Assembly (NCBI RefSeq): GCF_001194135.2
Contig: NC_068984.1
Span: 51,022,115 to 51,086,030 of the forward strand
DNA: 63,916 nt
Reading direction: 5' to 3'
Origin: Octopus bimaculoides
Lineage: Eukaryota
Part shown: positions 55,806-63,916 of the stretch, piece by piece
Numbering within the stretch: position 1 is the first letter of the stretch
Layout: the number at the start of each line of letters is the position of its first letter
The notes under the pieces: model-generated
The model's input: the letters and a program-made list of their open reading frames with translations, nothing else
Databases searched by the model: none
Told to the model about the DNA's origin: nothing
Translations under genes and position numbers: made by a program

Positions 55806-55813
55806 GTAATAAT
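55604..55813 (+). mobile_element. 3' end of an R4/Dong-type element with an (AAT)n tail
   Basis: GTAHILRKTLSIQ* resembles GTAHILRKVLSV* of the 8755-10478 element, but the 3'UTR differs. Confidence 0.75.
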
Positions 55814-56227
55814 AAAAATCCTTTCTACTATAGGCACAAGGTCTGAAATTTTAGCGGAGGGGACCAGTCGATTACATCGACCCCAGTGCGCAACTAGTTC
55901 TTAATTTATCGACCACAAAAGGATGAAAGCAATGTCGACCTCGGTGGAATTTGAACTCAGAAAGTAAAGATGGACGAAATGCTACTACGCATTTTGCCCG
56001 GCATGTTAACGATTCCTTTTTACTATAGGCACAAGGCCTCAAATGTTGAGGTAGAGGGCTAATTGATTATATCGACTCCAGTGCACAACCAGCATTTTTT
56101 TTTATCGATCCCGAAAGGATGAAAGACAAAATCGACCTCTGTGAAATCTGAACTTAGAAGGTAAAGGGCTGGAAAAAACGCTGCTACGGGTTTTCTCCGA
56201 CGCGATAACGATACTGCCAGATCGATG

Positions 56228-56254
<27 letters not shown>

Positions 56255-56260
<6 letters not shown>

Positions 56261-56545
56261 GTTGTGGAAATTAGCTGTCCAGTGGATGTTAACGTAAAGC
56301 TGAAAATCAGTGAAAAAGAGAACACCTATGCTGAACTATTGAGAAATCTGCAGTTACTCTATCCAGATTACAAGTTCAGGTCTATACCTGTAATTATTGG
56401 GACCCTGGGATATGTAACACACTGCCTAAATACCAACCTTGAGAAATTAGGCTTCTCAAAACCAGAAAAGGAAAAGCTAATTCGAAGACTGCTGATCCAA
56501 TCCGTCATTGGAACTATAAAAATCTGTAAAACTTTCTAATGGTTT
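56255..56545 (+). mobile_element. 3' fragment of another REL-endonuclease non-LTR element
   Basis: VVEISCP.DVNV..KISEKENTYAEL...IPVIIGTLGYV...GTIKICKTF*; it directly follows (ATA)n. Confidence 0.75.
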
Positions 56546-56659
56546 ATCATTAAAATATATATATATATATATATATATGAGCATGTCTAGATATGCAACT
56601 ATATGTATGAGCATACATACATAAAACATATAAATCTGGACATGCATACATACATACAT

Positions 56660-56698
<39 letters not shown>

Positions 56699-59265
56699 CA
56701 CAAATGTACATACATATATACATGCATACATACATACATACGTACGCACATACATACATACATACATATATACATACATATATACATANNNNNNNNNNAC
56801 ATACATACATACGTACGCACATACATACATACATACATATATACATACATATATACATACATACATGCATGCATACATACATACATACATACATACATAC
56901 ATACATACATACATACATACATACATACATACATACATACGGATTAATTGTAATATTCATATGTTATCATTGTGCCAAATATAGTTTTCTGCAAGATAAC
57001 ATTTACCATTGTCAACTCGACATGATTTCAACTCACCAAATAATGTATTGCAATCGTGTACTGAAATTCACTTCATCTCATTCTCTCTACTGTTTCTTCA
57101 AATATTGATTCCTCACATTAACACGAGGACAAATATTTTTACGGGAAAATACTTTCAGCTTATCTGATTCATCGAATGTAATCAGGAATTGATTTATCGA
57201 CCTTGGAAAAATAAAATACTTAGTCGATTCTGACAGTATTTTGAACTCTTAATTCATATAGCGACGGTTAAGGCATTGAATTTACAAATTTAGTGTTTAG
57301 GAATTTCAAGTTTCCTTTGGAATATGAAAATATATCAGTCCAATCCAGTCTGTATTTTGCATTGTCCAATAATTTATTATACGACCAAGCAGTTGACTTC
57401 GTTGTGGTCACTCGGTTTGCTAGTAATAGTAATCAAATCTCACTCAAATCGCACATTGCTTTTATAAAAATTTAGGACTCTTTAGATAATGTAGTCATTG
57501 ATAAACAATACCTATGATAGTGAACGTATGACGCACATGCCAATAGTGATAGACCGCCGCTGCGCCCTTTTTTCATGTCACATATTTTCTCATAAAAATC
57601 TTATCTATAAACTATAATACATGTGCCATTCTAACAAAACGATTATTAACAAAATAAAATTTAGACATGTCTGGCTGAGAAAGATTTGTTATAACTGCGC
57701 TACACTACGTCTGAAAAAGAGACTTGGCAAAAGGGCTAATCGGCTACAGCAACAATACAATGAAATAAACTTCAAGGCAATGGACTATGTCACACCAAAA
57801 CCTGTTGAAATATGTCGAAGTAGATAACACCTCAATATTACTTCTGTCGCTTTCGCTAAAAGTCCAAATACTTATAAAATGAGTGTAAGCCATTGCCTGG
57901 AGATGTTTCCAATCTAGTAGAGCATATTAATAAAATGCATGGTTTTGTCGGAATAGTATGATACTCAATTAAAAAGCGATGGCTTGCCAGATTCGTTAGA
58001 GTGTTGGACAAAATACATTGCAGATTTGTTCCGGCTCTTCCTGTTTTGAATTATAATCCAACCGAGATCACTTTTGCCTTTCATTCTTCACCGTCTTTAA
58101 GATAAAGCACCAGTCTAGTGCTGGGATTGATATAATTGATTGTTTCCTTCTTCCAAACTTTGGCATATTGTGACTGTGTAAGAAAATAATAGTGTCCTAA
58201 ACTTCATGAGCAAAAATGACAATAAACCAGATATCCAGACAAGGGACATCTTTGTGGTCGTAATATGGAAGAAAATGATTTACGAGTGATATTAACCAAA
58301 TCTGTCATAAACGATATTCTGTCGTCTTAAATTAGGGTTGAACTGATTAGATGATGCATTGCTAAAAACCCCTAAAAAAGACTTATGTCAAGGGCTGCAA
58401 TGCATTTGATTGTCGGTCTACTCTGTCAGAGGCAACCTTGATTATGCAACAGAAATTTACAATTGGTTGTTTTAATACTTCCATATTTTATCAACCAAAA
58501 TGTGCTGAGCCAAAAAAATGTTATATAATTATCGTTGACTCAAGCTACAAAACTCTAAAGAGGGAAGCTGGTAAGTTATGTTATATCCACCTGTGTAAGC
58601 AGGGACAGTTCGGGTAACTTGCATAACTTCGCTTATGTCTACAAATGTTTTGGATAATTAAAAAATAAATAAATACATAAAAACAACGTAATCCCTAATC
58701 ACTATAGCAATTTCGAAATTTGATAACTAAAAAATTTTAACAGAGTCACTTAATAATACCAATGACAATAGAAAAATAGCAACAACAATATTGTTATAAT
58801 AAAATATCAAGTGAGTTATGGTCACAGATTCGAAGTTTTACACTAGTTATGGTCATTCCAATATCAAAGTATGTATTTACTTATAATCAGAATATAAATA
58901 CACACATCTATACATGCGTGTGCGTGTGTGAGTGTGTATGTACATATATACATGTGAGTGTTGTGTATGTGTGTATGTTTGTGATATATATACACACGTG
59001 TCTAGATATGTATGTATATAAATGTAGAAAGAGAGAAATTCATGTATATTTCGTATGAACACGCACACAAACGAACGTTTAGACAAACAAATATGTCTGC
59101 AAAGGTGTGCACATATAAATATCTCTATAAATATATACCTACAGATACAGAAGTACACACACGCATACACTTATACCTATCGGCACAAAAGTACACACAC
59201 ACACACACACACACAAAATAGCTGGTACAGAAGAGCAAATATAAGAACGAATCTCTCTCTCTATT

Positions 59266-59340
<75 letters not shown>

Positions 59341-59502
59341 TTATATGCGGTTTTGTGTTTGTCTTGTGTGTTGTGTTGTTATCTTTGATAGCAGCTATTC
59401 AAGAAGGCGCAACATTCAACATCTTAATGCAAGAAGTAAATATAGAGAAAAAAGGACGACAGAGAGAGGGAGAAAGACAGACAGAGACAGAGACAGATAG
59501 AG

Positions 59503-59512
<10 letters not shown>

Positions 59513-59537
<25 letters not shown>

Positions 59538-59541
59538 ATGA

Positions 59542-59596
<55 letters not shown>
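59513..59596. repeat. (AAAG)n microsatellite; many (TG)n, (TA)n, (TACA)n, (AG)n and (CTA)n arrays also occur across the window
   Basis: Read directly. Confidence 0.95.
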
Positions 59597-59597
<1 letters not shown>

Positions 59598-59707
59598 GTG
59601 TGAAACTACAGAAAGAGACAGAGAAAGAGATATACATGGTTTACGAGATAAAGAGAAGTTGAAAGAAAAAAAAAAGACTAAAGCGAATTAAAGTGGCAAC
59701 GAATACA

Positions 59708-59811
59708 ATGGAAACAGACTATTTTAGACAGACGGATTCTTTTGATCAACTCCTTGAAAATGAAAAGAAAAACAATAACAATAAAATTGCTACCAAACAC
59801 ATCTTAGTTAG
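59708..59811 (+). other. Candidate first coding exon METDYFRQTDSFDQLLENEKKNNNNKIATKHILV
   Basis: acaATGg context, upstream in-frame stop, donor AG|gtgaga. No homolog recognised. Confidence 0.2.
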
Positions 59812-61274
59812 GTGAGACTTCAATTAAGGTCCGTGTTATAACTGGTCATGTTAATAGCGGCTGCTTGTAAAGAGAAAGACGCCGATTGTGATTGGCGACT
59901 ACTTGGTGGGGAGTTTGCTGTGGCGGCGAGACATGTTATAGATGCTTGATTTACATGTGTATGTGTGTGTGTACGTATATATATATATAGAGAGAGAGAG
60001 GCGGGGAGAGGGTGTGTTAACAGATGAGATGGAATCTCTATATAGAAAACACTTACTAGCACTCAAAAGGTTTGAACTTACACAGCTGCAGCAGCTGTCG
60101 CACGTCTAACATCATACCTTCTTCCCTCTAACTCTTTGTGTCTATGTAATACAAGTTTGCTCTATTAATATATAAATATATTATTCATATATATTTTTAT
60201 ACTTGAAAGTTAATCATCTGAAAATCTTTCAGTTTTTGCCTTTTTTTTAAAAATTTACATGTGCGCATCATGTAAATTTATTCTGTATATCAACCTCAAG
60301 GAGTTTTATTTATGTGTATATATATATAAACGAAACAAAAAATGGAACAAAAACGCAACAGGCGACGACAAAACATTCGGACAGTTAGACGATACAAAGA
60401 AGGGCAGGAAAAAACAAGGACGGGTCATTCGGAGCTTTCCAAAGTCAGTCGAGTTCCAGATCGTCCCTGCAGTTTCGGCCAGTTACACCCGCGACTGCTC
60501 CAATCTGGCCGGCCCCAAGAAAATCTAAGCTAAGGCCACTAGAATCTTTGGAAGAAAGCAAGCGAATGTATACGAAAACAAGGACGAAAAAAGGAGAAAT
60601 GGTACACAATTCCAAATACAAACAACAAGACATTAATAGCAGGTGTCTTTTGGTCTCCTATATATATATATATATATNNNNNNNNNNCCCAATTATTGCT
60701 ACACTAGTGTTATACCAAGTGCAATAAATGGGAGCGGGTAAAAGGGTTTTTTTTACCCCAAATTTGTATATCAATTAGAAAATGGAGGATAACATGCTGA
60801 ACCCAACTACTTGCAGACAGTGTATCCCGTTGAATTCATTAGTTCAATTCATAGCTAAATTGACAAAAAAAAAACACAAGGTACAGGTGTTTATGACAAA
60901 CCATGTTATTTTGCCAACCGGGTTTATAGATAGAAGTACAAAGTACATAAGGAATTAGAGAATGAACAGAAGTTTAATCTTACAGCTGTTTTAGCCTAGC
61001 TTTGGCATGCCCAATTCTATCCGAATAGTTCTTGCCGGAGTGATTATTGGATGAAATGCTGAAATGGGGTTACATGCACGAACCGCTATGTATAGCATTC
61101 TATGTATCTTACTTAACGGGAGTATACTGTAGAAAGCCACAACACTGTGGTATTTGACACGAGGAAGCATTTCGTATAGATGTATGGTGTTAAAAACACA
61201 GAACTTTATCAGTGGCATACGAAAAATGTCAAGCAGCGGTAAATATATGTGTGTACGTCTGCTATAGTCTTTCT

Positions 61275-61930
61275 AAGATTTCTGATGCGTTTTGGATTGA
61301 AGCTCTGGGCGCAGTTGGATCTCAAAGCAGCAACGAAATTTGAGGTTTATGAAGCATATGTCTTAACAGCGCTATTGTATGGATGAGAGGCCTGCACAAC
61401 CTACCGCAGGCATTTCCAACGTCTCGAGCGATTCCACCAACGATTTTTGTGTGATATCCTGAAGATGTCACGGTGATCTCATATACTTCATACGAGAGCA
61501 CTGTAGCGGTTGAAAATGATAAGTATCGAGTCCATGTTTCTTAAACACCAACTTAGATGATCTGATCATCTTGTCCACATAGAGGACAGCTGCATGCCAA
61601 ATGGGTATTGAATGGTGAACTGAAGCAAGGAAAACATTCCCAGTGCAATCTAAATCAAGCGTTTCAATGACATACTCAATGATACACTTAAAATGATCAA
61701 TATTAACATTAATACCAGGGTAGTTCTTGCATCGGTAGGAACCAAAACCAACGTTAGTACCATTTTTAACCTCGGAAGGACGCCTCATCTAGCTGGTTAT
61801 CGATGCAATTTGCACCCAATATATATTGCAAGCAGGGGATCGAACCGCTACAATCTTCTAACGGCGACGTGGGGCTACCAGACCGTTTGCTTTCGAGCTA
61901 CTTGTGCTCATTCTCAGTGATGAACACCCA
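61275..61930 (+). pseudogene. RTE-clade LINE 3' relic
   Basis: TKFEVYEAYVLTALLYG*EACTTYRRHFQRLERFHQRFLCDILK...IESMFLKHQLR...IEDSCMPK...NGELKQGK matches RTE/BovB C-terminal motifs. Confidence 0.8.
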
Positions 61931-61934
61931 TCGG

Positions 61935-62645
61935 CTAGAGATAGTGAAGTGACGATAAACAATACTTCTCAGTATACTTTCATCTCTTACAGAAATTTTC
62001 CAACTAGGTACTGTGCTTGTTGCAAGATCAGTGACTGATTATCGCTTGCTGCTCTCTATATATTGCTAGCTGGAGCGAATTCCTGCTCTCTCTAGCGATC
62101 GGGTGTTCACCAGTGAAGATGGGAACAAATAGACGGAAACCGTTCGATCTGTTGTCTGCTAGAAGATGTTATGGGTTCGCTCCCCTGCTTACAATATATA
62201 CCGGGTGCAGATTGTATCGATAACCAACCTGAGGAGGCTCTTCCTGGAGTTAAATACGATATTAACGTCGAATAGCCATATTGGTGTGGCGATAAACATT
62301 ACTTCTCGGTGTAGTTACTACTTTCATTCTCTTATAAAGTTACTTTGCATGTTGCAAGATCAGTGACTAGTTGTCACTTATTTTTCTATATATTGGGAGT
62401 TGGAGCGAAATTCTGCTATCTCTGGCGGAGGGTGTCCACCACTGAGAATGAGTGCAAATTGCTCGAAACTGGACCCATCGTCGTCGATAAATGATAGTAG
62501 TTCGATCCCCTGCTTGCAATATATATCTAGTGGTGATTACATCGATAACCAGCTGGTGGAGGCGTTCTACTGGGATTTCAAAAACGGTAGTAACGTCAGT
62601 TCTAACGGAACAGCCATGTTGAAGTGGTGATAAACATTACTTACT
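61935..62645 (+). repeat. About 2.2 diverged tandem copies of a ~330-bp unit
   Basis: TTGCAAGATCAGTGACT at ~62020 and ~62352; TGGAGCGAA at 62071 and 62401; GATAAACA(A/T)TACTT occurs three times. Confidence 0.8.
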
Positions 62646-63534
62646 ACGATAAACGTTACATTGTTCTAAAGAGAAAGCATGTGGTATTGGTTATATTGGC
62701 TAGAAACGTCATTCTGTTATTGCTATAGCTACAGTGGAAAACATACACAAATATTACTGTAATTACTAATTTCATTTCTCAATTATGTGTTGCGCAATAG
62801 TTTGGAATTATGTACTTTAGCATGTAGTTGACTAATACATTAGAAAGAAAATTTATTCCTACATTTCTGTTTTTATTGTGGCCAAAGAATTACACCATTC
62901 TTTCATAGTCTCAACATAGCTCTTTATTATGATAAAGAGCAATTGCAAAACACTTTACGATACACTATAAGACAAAACTAGATAGAAAATCAATAGTAGA
63001 AAATATTACTATACTTTACAGAATACCCCAAAGAAATAGATTATTGGTTGTGGAGGCAATATAACAACATTTTATAATTACTTTCTAACAAACATACGTC
63101 ATAAATACAAAGCCAATTAGGCCGAACTCTATCGCTCTAACGGTCGAATTACGGCGAGAAAGTACATAATACAAGCCTGCCACAAAAAGGCAGAATAGAT
63201 TTCAAAAACGATCTAAACCCTGAAGACTGAGATAGGTTATAAATGTTGATAAAGATAATTTGGGGAATTTATTTTCCAGATGTATTATAAGGGTCTGAAA
63301 ACGTAGATACCAAAGAAACTTTAATGAAAAAAGATTGCGCTAGAAAATAGTTATGTTTACAAAAACATACACACACACATGTATGTGTGTGTATATGTGT
63401 TTCGCGTATCCATTTTTATTTTCGTATTTCATGTTGTTTACGTTTTGTGACGTCCTGTACCAATATATGCATATCTATATACATGCATATGTAGGCATGT
63501 ACATATATGTATATATATGCACATATCATCATCA

Positions 63535-63916
63535 TCATCATCATCGTTTAACGTCCGCTTTCCATGCTAGCATGGGTTGGACGATTTGACTGAGGACTGG
63601 TGAAACCGGATGACAACACCAGGCTCCAATCTAATTTGGCAGAGTTTCTACAGCTGGATGCCCTTCCTTACGCCAACCACTCAGAGAGTGTAGTGGGTGC
63701 TTTTACGTGTCACCCGCACGAGGGCCAGTCAGGCGGTACTGGCAACGGCCACGCTCGAAATGGTGTCTTTTATGTGCCACCCGCACAAGAGCCAGTCCAG
63801 GGGCACTGGCAACGATCTCACTTGGTTTGCCGGGTCTTCTCACGCACAGCACATTTCCAAAGGTCTCGGTCAGTAGTCATCGCCTCGGTGAAGCCCAATG
63901 TTCGAAGGTCTTGCCT
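63535..63916 (-). mobile_element. SINE or LINE 3' end with an RTE-type tail, running off the window
   Basis: (CAT)n followed by CGTTTAACGTCCGCTTTCCATGCT...GGATGCCCTTCCTTACGCCAACC, an RTE-tail-like motif. Confidence 0.75.

Overview
This is eukaryotic, AT-rich, microsatellite-saturated scaffold sequence with 14 N-gaps. The repeat content suggests an Octopus-type cephalopod (inference from recall, not searched). I cannot confidently identify any host protein-coding gene, tRNA, rRNA or CRISPR array. Nearly all ORFs in the supplied track are microsatellite or gap artefacts. What I can support is a dense transposon landscape: at least four SINE families (one inserted as a dimer with a 14-bp TSD); a 5'-truncated R4/Dong-type non-LTR element inside (TAA)n repeats plus two more REL-type 3' ends; a deleted Penelope element with inverted pseudo-LTRs; remnants of RTE, CR1/L2-type and Tx1-like LINEs; and Tc1, maT-type mariner and hAT transposase relics. 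The best leads are hammerhead-ribozyme-like motifs in several small repeat families, including one complete minimal type I fold at 47839-47919 and a tandem ~330-bp unit at 61935-62645 that resembles a retrozyme. Other leads are a G:U-biased 22-bp hairpin at 37665-37713 and a few weak orphan exon candidates. No new biological system is demonstrated; these are hypotheses to test.
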